NCBI GenBank assembly: GCA_013265495.1 | Contig: MU057887.1 | Coordinates: 693,985-757,984, forward strand | Reading direction: 5' to 3' | Origin: Vicugna vicugna | Lineage: Eukaryota | DNA length: 64,000 nt | In this document: positions 36,958-50,570 of the stretch, in pieces | Layout: each line of letters starts with the position of its first letter | Numbering within the stretch: position 1 is the stretch's first letter | Position numbers and translations under genes: made by a program | The notes under the pieces: generated by a model | What the model saw: the letters and a program-made list of their open reading frames with translations, nothing else | The model's database searches: none | What the model was told of the DNA's origin: nothing

Positions 36958-39900
36958 TGCGGGTAAGAGGCTGGAACTCACACGGGATGGCAGGGGGCTG
37001 GGAGAGGTCGCCACGCCAGCCTCCCGCCACGCTTTCAAGAAAACCCAGTAGCCAGGTCCCGGGTGGCACTGAGGACAGTGCCAGCAACACCTGTGAGCTG
37101 CGAAGAGGGTCAGGGACGCCCTCGTGCCTGTGTCGTGTTTAGGATCCCTTCTCTGCATGAGTTTGACCCCATCAGACAAACAGCAGCAGCAGGAAAAGGA
37201 CTGTTCCATTTGCTGAGTGATCAGAAGCCGCTGTTTCTGACGCTTCCTTGTAAGCCCTTCGGGACGTGAAGGGAGTTAACCCAGCCTCTCGAGAGACCTC
37301 GCAGAGGCGGGTGGAAGGTTCTGCAGAATCACAAAGTCCAGTTATAAGTCAACACAGTGGTTGCCTCCGGGAGATCCCACAGCCTTCCAAGGCCTGGCTT
37401 CTTTGCCTCGTGGCTGCAGGTCAGACGGGGAGTTGGGGATGTTTGGGAAGAGTGGACGGTGGCATCCGAGCTCCTCCCAGCCTCCATGTACTAACGGCCA
37501 ACCGCGCGCGCCCCGCTGCTCACTTGGCGGGCACCCCACTGCAGGAAGGCTGCCCTGGGCTGGATGCAGTCGGTAAAAAGTGTCGCTCACAGTTTTACTG
37601 GAGACCCTGAGCTGGCGGGTGACAGAGCAGGTTGGTGTGCAGTTCCCCCACTAACATTCAAGCAAGCTGGCCTCCCTCTCTCAAAACCGGGCTCAGGTTC
37701 TGGACAAGTGAGGGCCGAGTCTGGAAATTTTTAGTGGTTTCTCATGTTTTGGGCCTCGGGGGCCCAGTGGATTCCACTTGGAAGGTTCTAGCCTCCCAGC
37801 CTAAACCTTCAGATGCCCAGGTAGCTTCAGAAAAACAGGGGCACGTGGCTGTCAGTGAGATGGGTCTTTCCAAAGTTAGCTTTCCTTCCCCGCTGTGCGG
37901 TTCTGACGACACCAGACCTCTGAGCACGGACGGTTGGAGCCGCTCACTGGAAGTTTACACTCCAAGTACTGAGGACTAGCTGCCGGATGCGCGTTTCGGA
38001 AGTGAAACCTCACCGGCCGTCACAGCTGCCAGGGGAGGCGCAGACGGGCCGCTGGGGCAGAGCAGTTATGCTGGCTGGCTGTGTGATTCTGGTGGATTTT
38101 GCTAATGCAGGAAGGGACGCGGTGGTTTTAGAATCTGACATTTGCCATAAAACGATGTCTTCTCCTCCAGCCTGTGCACCTGCCAAGGCCTGACTCAACC
38201 TGTGTCCAGGTAACGCCTTTCCAGCCCCTTCAGGCCACATGAATCCCCCTTGTGCTCCCTGTCTGTTCCAGCACCCATTCCAGTGCTGCCTGGATACCCA
38301 GCCAACTCATTTGGTTGAGGGACCAAGCAAGCAGCCCGTCCTTGAGCCGCCCTTACCTCCAACCTTCACCTTGACCATGACCTGTGTTTCTCAGGCCCAA
38401 GAGAAGGCAGCTACTGCAGAAAAGGGAAGCCCATAAAAATGCAAAGATGTTGGTTGATGTGGGGAGACGTTCCTGAGCTCCGAGGCTTCTAAGTGTTGGA
38501 AAACGTCGACTTTTCTGTTTAGTTCTTCCCCAGCAAGCAGACTTCTCTTCCATTTCTTTGATAACCTGTCCCCCCAAAAGGGGAAATTACAAAATCCTCT
38601 CACAAGAATTCTTAGCAGCCGCGGCAGGTCCAAGGCAACGCTGTCGTGTTGGGCACGAGTCCGTTCCTCGCCCTCTGTATCCGTCCATCCGACCAGAGGC
38701 CTTGACAAGCATTTACACCAAGCAAATGTGACTTGCTGCCTTCTCGAGCTATTGTGGATAAATGGACTTTTTACTTGGCACATCCAGAACCTTCCATCCT
38801 CATCTGCCAAGCCTTTGTGAGCGCTTTTTAAGTCTACTGCATGGATGAGATTACTAAAGTTTCTAAAAGTCAGCAAAGGAAATAAGTCAACATCTTTGTT
38901 TGTCAGTAAGAAGCTGATGGCATGTAAGCATGTACGTGTGTGCGTGCGCGTGTGTGCTGCTACACACATCTAAGTAAATGACACACACTGGTGAAAGCAC
39001 TGTTATTTGGTTAAGACTGAAGGCTTTGTTGAGAAGGAAGGGGCTGGAATTAGATGTTGATACAGTAGGTATTTCAAATGTCAGATTTCAGTGGTAATGG
39101 GAAGGAAAAGAAGGAAGAAAAATGGCCCCTTTAGAATATATCAATTCATCATTTCAAAGAAAGAGAAGCTGTGTGCCTCTCCTTGAGAGGTGCCCTTTGG
39201 TTCTCAGAGAGATGAAGTCTGGTCTGATGTCAGGGTTACCAAGGAAACGATGTATGCTTACGAACAGCGAAGCAAACAGACACAGAGCGCTCGAGTAAAT
39301 CATTAATTCATTAATATTGTTATTGATGGAATCTGGAGAGACTCACATATTCCTTCTTTATTCCCAGATCTCAGAAGTTTTCTTTCATCGCAAAGCAAAC
39401 ACTTGGATGGCCACTTCAGGGATAATTATTCCCTCTCGGCCTCACTCTAGAGTCTGAGGAGGACTCGCTCTCGGATTTTAGTGGATCAAAGCGAATGGTC
39501 AACCAGCAAGAGAAGTGTGCTTCGTGGTTCGGTTTGGTTTTTTTTTTTTTTTAATTGGCGGCTGTGGGTTCTGTAGAGAATGGAAAATGCATTAGGGAGA
39601 GTTTGACTTAGACACAAAGCACCTTTCAGTTTGGCAAACATGTGAATAGAGCAAAGTCACACTATTTGACCCTCGGTGATGTCTGTTTTCATGGTAACTT
39701 TTTCAGTGGCCAGATTTCGTGGCACGAGGGGGAGGGCCAGGTTGGGGGGGGCGTCAAGAGGCACCAGCTGCAGGGACGGAACGGTCTCCATGCGTGGATG
39801 GCACCCTGGGCGGGGCGTGGGGCCTGGCGGCCAGGCATGGCCAGAACCGCCCCCCCCACCCTGGCCAAGGTTGCAACAGCAGGGCGTGTCCTGGCTTCCG

Positions 39901-42598
39901 ACTGTTTCCGATTATTTCCTATTATTTTCAGGCCGGCCGAGTGAGTCAGCATTTCTCCTCTGGCACCCAGCAGGCCTAGGGGTCACCGCGGAGGTCAGCC
40001 AGAGGTGAACTGTCCCAGCTGGGTTTTACCTCTGACATCCTCATGGAGTCAGACCACCTGGCTAGAAACCCCCCCTCAATCTGCATCCTCAAGATTCCGG
40101 ATGCCCCACCTGAAATGTCATGAGCACACTGGGGAGCCTGAGGTTGGAGTGGGGCCCTTGCCAGCAGGCCGAGCCTGGGGTGCTGGCCAAGAGCACGTGA
40201 ACGCCTGGGGCTCCTGGAGCTGCCCCTTCGAGCTGTGTGACCTGAGCAGGTTGCTTACCTTCTCTGTGCCCTGGTTTCCTCCTCCATGAACCAGGGTCGG
40301 TCACAGCACTTAACCTCAAAGGGCTGTGGAGAGCATTGCCTGGGTGGGGGTGCGAGGGAAGCAGAGAGAACTGTGGCTTGGCTGGCGACCATCCGCTTCC
40401 CTGCCCTGCTCTGGGTACTCGTATCCACAGAGCCTCCACAGAGCTTTGAACGAGGAGATGCCTCAGCCTCCCGTCCACCTCTTCCTCAGGCCCAGGAGGA
40501 GAAGCTGTCCCGTGTGGCTCAGCAGGTTGGAGGGAAGCCTCCCAGCACAGTTCCTGTGCTCTGGGGGCCAAGAGCACCGCCGAGGTGAGGACAGCCCAGT
40601 GAGACGCCGCCAGGAGGGAGCCACACAAATGTTTATCAGCTGAATAAACATGGTCATCACAGGGAGGTGCCGTTGGGAAGGGAGGCGGAAAAGCCGCAGC
40701 CTCATGCACATGTGAACTAGAGGCGCCTGGAGCAGAGAGCAGCGGGCTGTTCATGCTGATGGAGCACAAAGGGTGGAACCAGGGAAAGCTTCCTGGAGGA
40801 GGTGGCTTCTGAGGTGGGTCTTGAGGAATGAAGAAAGGCTTGCAGAGGCTCAGGAAGCCAAGGAGACAAGCCCACGGAGGTGTGGTGTGCAGGCCGCCGG
40901 CCATCCTTGGAGGCCTTGGCCAGCAAGGAAGATGCTTCCTTTTAGGTCCTAAGGTCTCTGAAGGCATACCCTCCTAACTCTCCTTGAACCCCAGGGGCTG
41001 CGGGCAGCAGCGCCCCGGCCGTCGGAATCAGTCGGTCATGCACTCTCAGACCTGGCGGTCCTTCTTCAGGAGGTGTATTTAGACTTGGGAGGGGCCCGTC
41101 CCATGCTAACGGTCAGCCTTGGTGGCAGCAGGTCCTGGGGGCCACGGTGGAGTAAGGAGGGCTTTGGGAAGATTCCCTGTGTCCCAGAGGAAGGGGTGGT
41201 AGTTGAAAGGAGTGCCCAGATTTCCTCCTGAGCCAGCTGGCTCCAGCTCCCGGACACACACACACACACACAGGAAGGGATGGGGCTGCAGCCTGAGGAG
41301 TCTCAGTGTGGGGACCGCAGGTGGCCCGTGGGGCCAGCTGGGTGCTTTGTGTCTGTGGCAGCCACTCAGCTTTGAGGGCAGCCCAAGAACTGGGGACCAA
41401 ATACTGGAACACTGGCCGCCCTCTCCCTGTGCTCAAATGGGGGGGGGGGTTGCCCCTCCCCTGCCTGTGACCCCGTGACCCCGGCAGGTTCAGAGCACTT
41501 TCACCCTGCGGAGGCAGAGGCGCTCACTTGCTCTGTTTCGTGGATACAGCAGTTGAGTTTCAGAGAGGTTAACCGACATCCTGGAAGCCACACAGCCGGG
41601 GAGCAGCCTGGCCGGCCCAGAACCAAGCTCCTCCAGCACGCTGTGCTCCTCCCCTGGGCTCCCAGCGAGGCTGGTGTGCGGTCCTGCCATTTTCCTCTCC
41701 TGCAGAGAAAGTCTGAAACTGGCATTCACATATTCCGTAGGGACACGGAGAGGTGCTTCTGTGCTGGGCTCTGGGCGAGGCCCAGGGACAGGTGTGAGCC
41801 TTGACCCGGGCTGGAGCCCTGGGCCCCACCTGTGAAATGGTGCTGCTGGCCTGTGGGGTTTAAACAGGCTGGCATCTGATGGGTGCTCAGCAGCGGGAGG
41901 TGGAGGAGACGGAGCCCCGCAGGGTGGGTGTGCCCAGCTCCTTGCAAAGGTGGCAGGGGCTGATGGGACCTTGGCAGATGTGACATTTTAGATTTGACAT
42001 CTCCATCATCCTACTCACATCAGTGACAGGTGCCAATCTGCATTCTGATGTTGCGTGCAGTGGCCTGGAGCCCCACAGCAGGAGGGAGGGCCGTGTGGAG
42101 TGTCCACCCCTGGGCAAAGCCAGGCATGGAAGGGAAGACTGCACGACCCCCTATGCGTGCTGTGTGGTCCCTAATTTACTGAGAGGCCGGATCTCAGGGA
42201 TGGTGGAGATTCACCCTCAGAAGCGCTGGGAGGGGGCCAGGAGGGGCGATCAGCCTGCGGATGATGGCTCCTGAAGCAAGCGGTCTGCAGGTGGCGCTGC
42301 AGACCTTGGTAAGGGACTGGGCTTCCCTGGGTTTGGGCGTGGAGACCACACGTCTGGGGCCCGGAGGGAACAAAGCATTTGTAGTGGAGTCATTACTAAG
42401 AATAAAGCCCCCTTTCACTGACTACCTAGTGGGTTCTTTGTGAAACACGTCCACGGCGCATTCCCGGAGCTAGAGATGCTTCAGAACCATCAAGTAACAG
42501 GGTTCAAAACCAAAGCCCACTCCTTCCTGCTATCCCAGAAAGGCCTGTCTAGTCTAGACCCAAATGTGGATGGAAACGGGTCTGTCTTCACCCTCTCC

Positions 42599-42765
42599 TT
42601 TTGTTTTATTTTACTTTTAATTAATTATTTATTTATTTTGGTGGTGGCCTAATTAGATCTATTTATTTGTTTGTGTGTTGATTTTTCAGTGGAGGACCAG
42701 GGATCGAACCCAGGACCTCATGCAGGCTAAGCATGCACTCCACCACTGAGCCATACACCGCCCCC
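42599..42765 (-). mobile_element. Camelid SINE (Vic-1-like)
   Basis: GGGATCGAACCCAGGACCTCATGCAGGCTAAGCATGCACTCCACCACTGAGCCATAC. TCTCCTTTT is repeated on both flanks. Confidence 0.88.
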
Positions 42766-44374
42766 TTCTCCTTTTAATGAAGCACTTTGTACTCTGGCTA
42801 TGGTCTTTTGATTTGCTGTTTCCATTGTCCTATTTATGAAGGTAACGGGTTACAATCTGCGTTTCGTAGCAAAAACTCCCCTGGTGGGGAGCCCCATGCT
42901 TTCAGAGGCCCCTGCAAGTGCAGCTGTGGGGCCTGAGTCAGGGCACTGCGGGTGAGCGGTGGGGGTGGGGGGCGAGCCGAGGAAGCGCCACAGAGCTTTC
43001 CGCAGGGGTCCCCACATTCCACCTCGTGTCACTCCCGCTCCCCAAGAGATTCTTGCCACGGGGAGTCTGCCCGCACACGACATGAACGGGCTGGTTTTAT
43101 ATCAGAAGGCTGAATTTTAACTGACAAATTAGACAGTTCCCTAAGGCAAGGTTTACTAAGCTTTGTCATTCTCACTAGAAATGTGATTTATAATATACTC
43201 CTATTTGCTAGACACTCCTGTGCCCAGGAATGAAGGCCTAGCGCAAAAACAGGCGGTCTGCTTGCTGCCTTGACCCCACATAAAAATACAGGCCGGCAGT
43301 CTCCAGGAGCACGTCGACAGGTGCACATAAATCACGCTCCCCCGAGCCAGTGAGCTTCATTTCATTAAGTTTTAATGATAGTTCAAGCCGTCAAACACGT
43401 AAAATTCAGTACAGAGCAAGAGTTGCCCACAATTTACTTTAGAATTTTATGTACTAAACGGAAGATCTAAGGGTCTGGCGAAAGAAGTTTTATTTCCTCT
43501 GCTCCCAGTTTATAAAAGCACAGACAGTATTTGCTGTTCCTTAAATACTCCGATATTTGTGAACACAGACCATGTCAGAGATCAGAGTCCGTCCTCACCT
43601 TCAGCCAAGTCTCCTCAGAGAGCCTTTGTGAAAAGCCACACACAGAAAGAGCAGGGTAGACCAGCTGACTTCTTCAAAGCCGGAGTTAAAGTTGCAAACT
43701 CATTTTGCCCAAGATAACCAGAACTGCTCTAAGCTAAGTGGGCAGAAATGGATTTGATCTCTGAACCTGATTGCTTAGCAGAAGTCAAGCAGCCAATTTT
43801 TCAACAAAGTCCCCATCTCATGAAACTTCCTAAAAATCTTCAAGGGGGTAACCTGAGCTTGTGAAAAGTGAGCCCGAGTGTCGATAGGACAAAGCTTCCC
43901 TTCCAAGATGTAACTGGGGGGGGCTCGGGGCGCCTTTCATATTTTACTTGACAAGCGCCTTTTCCCTTTGTTCTGCCTGCTCTGGAGGGCTTCAGCCGGG
44001 CTTTGCCACTTCTTTGTTAAGAGGAATGGCTAAAAAGACATATTTATATCATAGTGACCATTTAAAATTGAATACGTCTGACAGGAATGTTCATTTGGCT
44101 CAATATTTTTGTGTGTGAAGATAACGCTTTTCTCCGTAACCTTTTATTTAATAGTACGCACGTTTGAGTTCGCAAGTTCTTTGTTCAGAAATGTTGATTC
44201 AGGACATGACCACATAAGCAAAGGGTTGCTAAGAGGGACGATGTAACCTTCAGGCTCCACTTACAGACATCCAGTGTGTAGATAGGCTGATCGGAGCTGG
44301 TCTGGAGTTCACACCAATGACGAATGAAGAGTCCCCCTGAAGGGACCGGGATGGCGAGCCATCTTGGGATTCAG

Positions 44375-44601
44375 AAGTACGGTTCCACAGCCTCAGCACT
44401 GCGGCATCTCCGGCTGGGTCACTGTGTGTGGGGTGGGCGGGGGAAACCGTCCTGTCCTCCGAAGGAGGTCAGCGGCATCTTGGCCTCTGACCACTAGATG
44501 TCAGTAGCAGCCCCCCTCCTACAGGTGCGTCAACCAAGAGGCCTCCACGACCCCCAAATGTCCCCAGAGGGGCAAAGTCCTGCGTGGTTTGAGAACCACT
44601 G
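44375..44601. mobile_element. MER20 hAT DNA transposon
   Basis: AGCGGCATCTTGGCCTCTGACCACTAGATGTCAGTAGCA..., CAAATGTCCCCAGAGGGGCAAA, terminus TTGAGAACCACTG. Confidence 0.85.
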
Positions 44602-45345
44602 CTCTAAAGAATGAAGGCAGTTGGGCACGTTTAGCCCCAAATGACAACGTTTACAGGGAACGGGAAAGCTGTTTGCAGGCATCGCATAAAAACCAAAAGT
44701 TACTCTGAAGTGCTTCCGAAGGCTGAATAAGGACAAGTGGGGTAAAATTGTAGAGTGGCCAGTTTTGACTAAGGAACAGGGAGGCCCTTCTAGAAGAACA
44801 GTTCAGCCCCATCCCCGCGGGGCTGATGTTCAGACGGGGCTAGAATCCTGACTCGAGACCCAGGGCTCTCTCCCCCGCCAGGGCCCTCTCGCCGCCGTGC
44901 TGAGGCTTGGTCTGCACCACCAGAGTTCGTCTTCTGCTACGGGCAACAGGAAACGCTCTAAAGGTGGGCCTCGTGCCCTGAGGAGGCTGCCCTTCCCCCC
45001 GGCTCACTCCAGTTCCGCGGGAGCGTGGGCAGAACAGCGGAGGCGGGGGCTGTGCGTGCTGGGGCTGGGGGCTGGCATAGGGTGGGAGTCCCAGAACGCG
45101 CGAGCGGACGGAAGAGCCCTCTCCCTGCTTCCCAACAGACGCGGGGTTTCTGGTCTAAGGTCTCCCAGCTGATGTCTGAGCCAGGACGGGAATCCAGAGT
45201 CCCCACACGGTGCTCCTTCCAGACGTCCTCCAAGGACGGAGTGAGGCGAGCTCCCGGAGGCGAGCACCTGGCCCAGGCTCTCCTCGCACTTGGTACCCAG
45301 AGCATGCCCGCGGCCGGCCTCATCCTCCGGGAGCACTTCCCTGAG

Positions 45346-45364
45346 TGTCCACTAGATGGCGCCC
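45346..45364 (+). promoter_or_regulatory. Strong CTCF motif
   Basis: TGTCCACTAGATGGCGCCC fits the core CCASYAGRKGGCRS with no mismatch and lies in a CpG-rich patch. Binding is inferred, not shown. Confidence 0.7.
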
Positions 45365-45414
45365 TATGGTCTCAAATGACGGCTTCCTGGTGCCCCGGAC
45401 AGAGCGCGCCTCGC

Positions 45415-45550
45415 TCTTTTTCTCTTTTCTTTTCTTTCCTCCCCTTTCTCTTTCCTTTCCTTTTCTTTTTTTCTTTCTCTCTCTCCCCTTCTCTCCTCTC
45501 CTTCTCTCTCTCTTCCTTTCTTTTTTCCTTCCTTTCTCTTCCTTCCTTCC
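45415..45550. repeat. CT-rich polypyrimidine low-complexity tract
   Basis: About 135 nt of almost pure C/T. Confidence 0.9.
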
Positions 45551-46069
45551 AGATTTTTACATTTTCCTCCTCTCTGCCTCCAGCATAAACGTTCCAAAGT
45601 TCTCCACGGCAGATATTTTTGCTTTTCTGCTAAATGGCCTTCCCTCTTTTCTCCCTGCCCCTTCCTCCTCAACGAACCCCCGCGTTTCGCAGACCCTTTT
45701 GTTGGCAGTGTCCCAGCAGAGAGCTCGCCACACGGTGGTGTGGCTCCCGGGGCGAGGGCAGGAGAGGCCAGCCTGGCGCGTGAGCCTTCTGGGCACCCCT
45801 CCCCCACCCCCACCCCCCGCTAATCACCTTCCCAGGAACGAGTGCGCCCTGAGCCCCTTCCCCGATCCCCGTGCGTGATGCTTGTCTTCTGCGGCAGCTC
45901 ACGGTCCGCCCCGTGAACGCCTGCTTCTTCCCTCTGTCTCACCTTCTAGATTGTGAGCCCCTCCCCCCGTTCTATTCCCCACATCACATAGCAAAACATA
46001 TGGTAGAATCTGGGGTGTTTGGGGTTGATGTCACTGAAGGGAAAAAAACATTTTAAACATAGATAATGG

Positions 46070-46300
46070 GGGGGATAAGTTAGGAGTTTGGGATTAACAG
46101 ATACACACTGCTATATATACAATACATAAACAGCAGGGACCTACTGTAGAGCACGGGGAACTACATTCGATTTCTTGTGATAAGCTATCATGGAAAAAAA
46201 TCTGAAAGAAAACATACATATATATGTATCTGTATAACTGAATCGCTTTGCTGTACACCTGAAACTAACACTGTAAATCAACCACACTTCAAAAAAAATT
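46070..46300 (+). mobile_element. 5'-truncated L1 3' end with perfect 12-bp TSD
   Basis: GGAGTTTGGGATTAACAGATACACAC...GCTGTACACCTGAAACTAACAC..poly-A. CATAGATAATGG occurs at 46058-46069 and 46309-46320. Confidence 0.92.
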
Positions 46301-49300
46301 TTAAACCTCATAGATAATGGAGACAAAGAAACACATTGAAAATCAAAACAGTTCTAATCATAAAGGTGAAGAATGCAGGGAGATGTGTGTCCATGTAGAG
46401 GATGTCTGGAGTGGCAAGGAGCCGGCCTGGGAAGCTTTGGTGGGGGCGGGGCATGGTGGAATGGGGCGCATCCCCGGTGCGGGAAAAGGTGTGAGCTCTG
46501 CTGGGAGGCAGAAATGAAGAGTACCTGTACAGAGGAGGAAACAGGATGTTTTGTCTGCCCAGGGGTAGCCAGGAATTCCTGTAAGTTCTGAAAGCTTTTT
46601 CAAACCCCTTTCCACCTTGGGTCTCACCTCTTGTTCCAGATCGTGTACAAATGTCTCCTCTTCCAGAAGCCTGGGTTAAAAAATGGCCAAACCATAAATC
46701 ACTTAACATTTCCTTCTGGGTGGTACTGCATGTGGTGGTGGGGTTTGTATGTGGCAAAAAACATCAGAAAACAAGGTGGGGTATCACAGAGGAAGGAGCG
46801 GAGGTCACCCTGGGGGTGTCAGGCTTCGGAGGCGGTCAGCCCAGGACATCGAGCTGTGGGACCACCCTAAGAAAGCAGGTGACAGAGGACTCCATGCACT
46901 GGGGAGAACAAGTGGGCATTTCCAGGTAGTGGGGTGAACTTGTGAAAGGTCTGACAACAACCGCCAGCCTTTACTGAGCACTTACCACGGGCTGACACCC
47001 ACCTGGAGGCACATACTAAGAAACCTGGGGAAGTAGTTTGCTAGCTTACTTGAGACTAAAACGTCACTGCTTGCAAAGTGTCTTCACACACATAACCATC
47101 TGTGACTCTCCCTACGGCCTTGTGCAGAGTGCAAAGCAAATTTTAGTGACTCAGATGAGGAAACTCAGACTCGGAGGCTGTCTGGCTGGCTGGTTGGGGC
47201 GGCCCAGGGCTTCACTTGGCCCAGAGTCCATTCCCCCAGCCAGAGCACTGGGTAGGGAACCAGCAGACACCAGGCGCCTACTGTGTGTCTGGTATGTTAA
47301 TAGCTAATTTCAACTAATACTTACCACCTCCCCCCTTAGGTCCATTTCCCTCGATTTGCCGAGGCTGAGAGAAGTGGCGTGTGTGAAGCCCCCTATGCGG
47401 CTGGCAGAGCCGGGCCCAGAGCCCACGTCTACCTGGGGGCAAACCTGTGCTCTCTTGGCTGCCCTGGGGGCTTCTTGCTGCCCACTCCCTCCTCTGTGCC
47501 CCCTCCCCCCCTCACTTTGTAGATCTGTGCTGCCGACTCGTGGTAGGATTTTCACTCTGAACATCAGAAGAAGGGGCTTAGCTTACAACTGTGATGGACA
47601 AAATAATTCACGAGAACCTGTAATAGATGAGCGGGTGGGAGCAAAACCGGCGAAGGAGGAGAGGAAATGAATGACAGAAAGATTGGGCGATTGGGAAGAC
47701 AATGATAGGGTGGTTAAGAAAGGGAAGGGTTTGGTGTAAAGAAAATAAGTTCTGTTTGAGAAATGTTTGGTCGTAAGTGGTGGCGAAACCTCGTTCACAG
47801 GGTAGGTGGAGGGCAAGACAGAAAAGACAGGATGGGGGGAAGAGCGAGCGGGCGGAGAAGCCCCCGGGAGCCATCTGGGGGTGGGCGGCGGCAGAGCCCA
47901 GGAACCGGCACCCAGGCTCCCGGAGCAGAGAGGGGGTAAGTGAGCAAAGGAGATGGGAGAGGCTGCCAGGTCCTCCTGTCCACCTCCTCCCGCCCGGTGA
48001 CCTTCACCTCCGCTCCCCTCCGGCCGCCCACACCCTGGGCCCTGTCATCACCCGGACGGTTCCAAGTGCCCTTCAGGGTCCCACTCCCTGACCACAGCTT
48101 CCGCCGCTGCCCGGCCTCTCACGCCTCCGTCCCACCACACCCCCTGCTGACCTCATCCTGATCTCTACTCCCCGGACTTTCCCACGTGGACCAGAGCCTC
48201 CCGGCTCCCCAGCTCCAGGCCTCCAGACCACACAGGACATCCTCACCACCGTTCCTTGGCCAGTACCCTCAACAGCTTTGCCCCTTTGTCCTTCCGCCCT
48301 GCTCATCCAGCCAGCCTTGAGCCAGGGATTTGCACCAGCACCTGTCTTCTCCGCCCTGCTCCGGCTCCTGCCCTCTGATGGAGGAAATCCCACACCAACG
48401 ATGTTTGGTGCCCACAGAGCCTCAGTACCCAGAGTCAGCTGCTCACTCCGCACAGCTCCACCTCCTCCTCTTCTGGGCATCCATTCCAAACCTCCAACAT
48501 CTTCCCCCAGCAGATGGCTCTGCCCTCTGATTCACAAAGGAAAGGGAAGAGAGGAGCTCAGACAGGGAAACCATCGGCTCAGTGCTCCCCTACCTGTCCG
48601 TGCACGCTCCACGTGCTTCCTTATTGCATTATCTCACTTATCCTCACAACAACCTTACTTTATTCTCATTTCACAGGTAAGGAGCCAGCAGCTCAGCGAG
48701 TGGCCTAAGGTTCCAGCCTGTACGTCACGCAGTGAAAGGAGCTGTGCCCTCAGATGCGCACTCTGCAGCCCCGGGGGCCGGTGCTGAGCTAGTGGTGAGG
48801 GCGGAACGGCAGACGAGACAGGGAGGGTTCCTACCCTCGTGAGACTCATATTTTCGATGAACAGACAGACAGTAAGTAATGAATGACTACACTAAATCTG
48901 TAGACTGAGTAAGTGCTGGCAAAGGAAGACACAGAGTTCAGTGCCCAGGAACACAGAGCCTGCCGGCTGAGATGGGCTGGAGAGCTGAGACCTGGGGTGG
49001 CAAGGTATGCCAATGGCCTCCTGTCCTCACTCAACACCCACCTGTCCCACAAGGGACCCCTCCACCTACTCAAGGCTGGGGCACTCTCCCTGCACTGGAT
49101 ACTGTCATTAGCAAGACAGTGTCACTGCACTGGGAGCAGCTATGGTCTGCGTAGGTGATGAGCTCAGCGGGCTGAATACTGATGCCCACAAGTGGGAAGT
49201 TAGTGAGGGGGACTTCTGGGGTCAATCAATCATCTAGAAAAGAAATGGGCCCCTAGAGGCTGGGACCACCGGCCTTGGATGGGTGCCTCCACTGCCCTCC

Positions 49301-49384
49301 CCAAGGTAGGCAGAAGGATGGCACTGACCACCATGGAGGCAGGGAGTTCAAGTCCCTCCAACGAGTAGTCATTGAGCAATTTGT

Positions 49385-49620
49385 CCCAGGTTGGGTTCCC
49401 TAGGGATTGGCGGGTAGCGATCCGGTGCGGGAAGTTTATTGGGAAGAGCTCTCGGGATCAACGCCTGCACAGAGAAGGAAGCGGGACTGGGGAGGGAGAT
49501 GATGGAACATCTGACGGAGGCAGCTGGGGCGCCAGCTTCAGTGGGTGGTTGCCCGTGCTGCTGAGCCCACACAGAGCCTCCGTCCCTGTCACTACGGCCG
49601 CTCGCCTCACCTTCCAGGGT
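49385..49620. mobile_element. Possible LTR16-like (ERVL) LTR fragment
   Basis: GGAAGTTTATTGGGAAGAGCTCTCGGGATCAACGCCTG..GAAGGAAGCGGGACTGGG resembles LTR16-family sequence. Short and diverged. Confidence 0.45.
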
Positions 49621-50024
49621 GGCTGGTGACAGAGGCTGGAGGCTGCAGTCATGCTGTCTACTTGGATGTTTAACGCCTCCTTTGTATCGGGTGCTCTGTG
49701 GAGGGTTAACACGGGGTGCAGAGCTCTCCGCTCTCGGTGCCCGTCCTCCAAGGTCCACTCACATCTCCTTCCCAGATCTTCTCGTTCCCAGTTTTCTACT
49801 ACTTCCTCTCTCAGGGCTCTGACCAAGCAGCCAGGCTGTCTGCCACTGCCCAATGGTCTACACACATCCTAACCTGGGGCCAGTTCTCTTTCCATGTAAG
49901 ATCATTGGCCAGGCCACCCCTCTAGGTTCTGTCCCTTAAGATTTCAGCTCACTGCTGCCTTCAAAGCCATCCCCAAACGGGACGGCCCTGCAGCCGCATT
50001 TGCTTGTGCCCCGGTACTAAGGGT

Positions 50025-50570
50025 GGTGTGCAGAATAAGGGTCCCCAGACATGGCCCTCCTAATCCCTGGGGCCTGTGGATATGCTAAGTCCCGCAGCAG
50101 GAGGGAGTTAAGGCTGCAGGTGGAAGATCGCTGATCGGTTGATCTTAGACAGGAGATTATCCTGAATTATCTGAGTGGGCCCAGGGTAATCTCAGAGGCT
50201 CTTACAAGCCGGAGAGGGAGGCAGCAGAGTTAGTGTGAGAGTCAGAAGGGGAGATGTGATGATGGAGGCAAGAACCAGAGGGACGGCAACGTGGGAAGGG
50301 CTCAGCCCTTCTGCCCTGTGTTGCTGCTTTGACGATCGAGGAAGAGGCCATAAGCCAAGGACCGTGGGTGGCCTCTGAGACTGGAAAAGACCAGGAAACA
50401 CATACTCTGCTAGCGTCTCCAGGCGGAAGGCAGGCCTGTCCCTGTCAACACCTCAATTTTAGCCCAGCGAGATCTGTTTCAGTCTCTGAACTCCGGAACA
50501 GTGAGAGATATGTGTTGTTTCCAGCCGCTGGGCTTATGGTGTTGTCACTGTGGCCATCACAGACTAACAC
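50025..50570 (+). mobile_element. MLT1 (MaLR) solo LTR, MLT1D/E-like
   Basis: GGAGATTATCCTGAATTATCTGAGTGGGCCC..GTAATC, AGCCAAGGA..GTGGGTGGCCTCT.GA.ACTGGAAAAG.CCAGGAAAC, ATTTTAGCCCAG.GAGA. Confidence 0.82.

Noticed and set aside
40089..40967. 292-aa ORF on -
   Set aside because: Pro/Ala/Ser/Gly-rich, overlaps MIR/L2-like remnants, and matches no known family.
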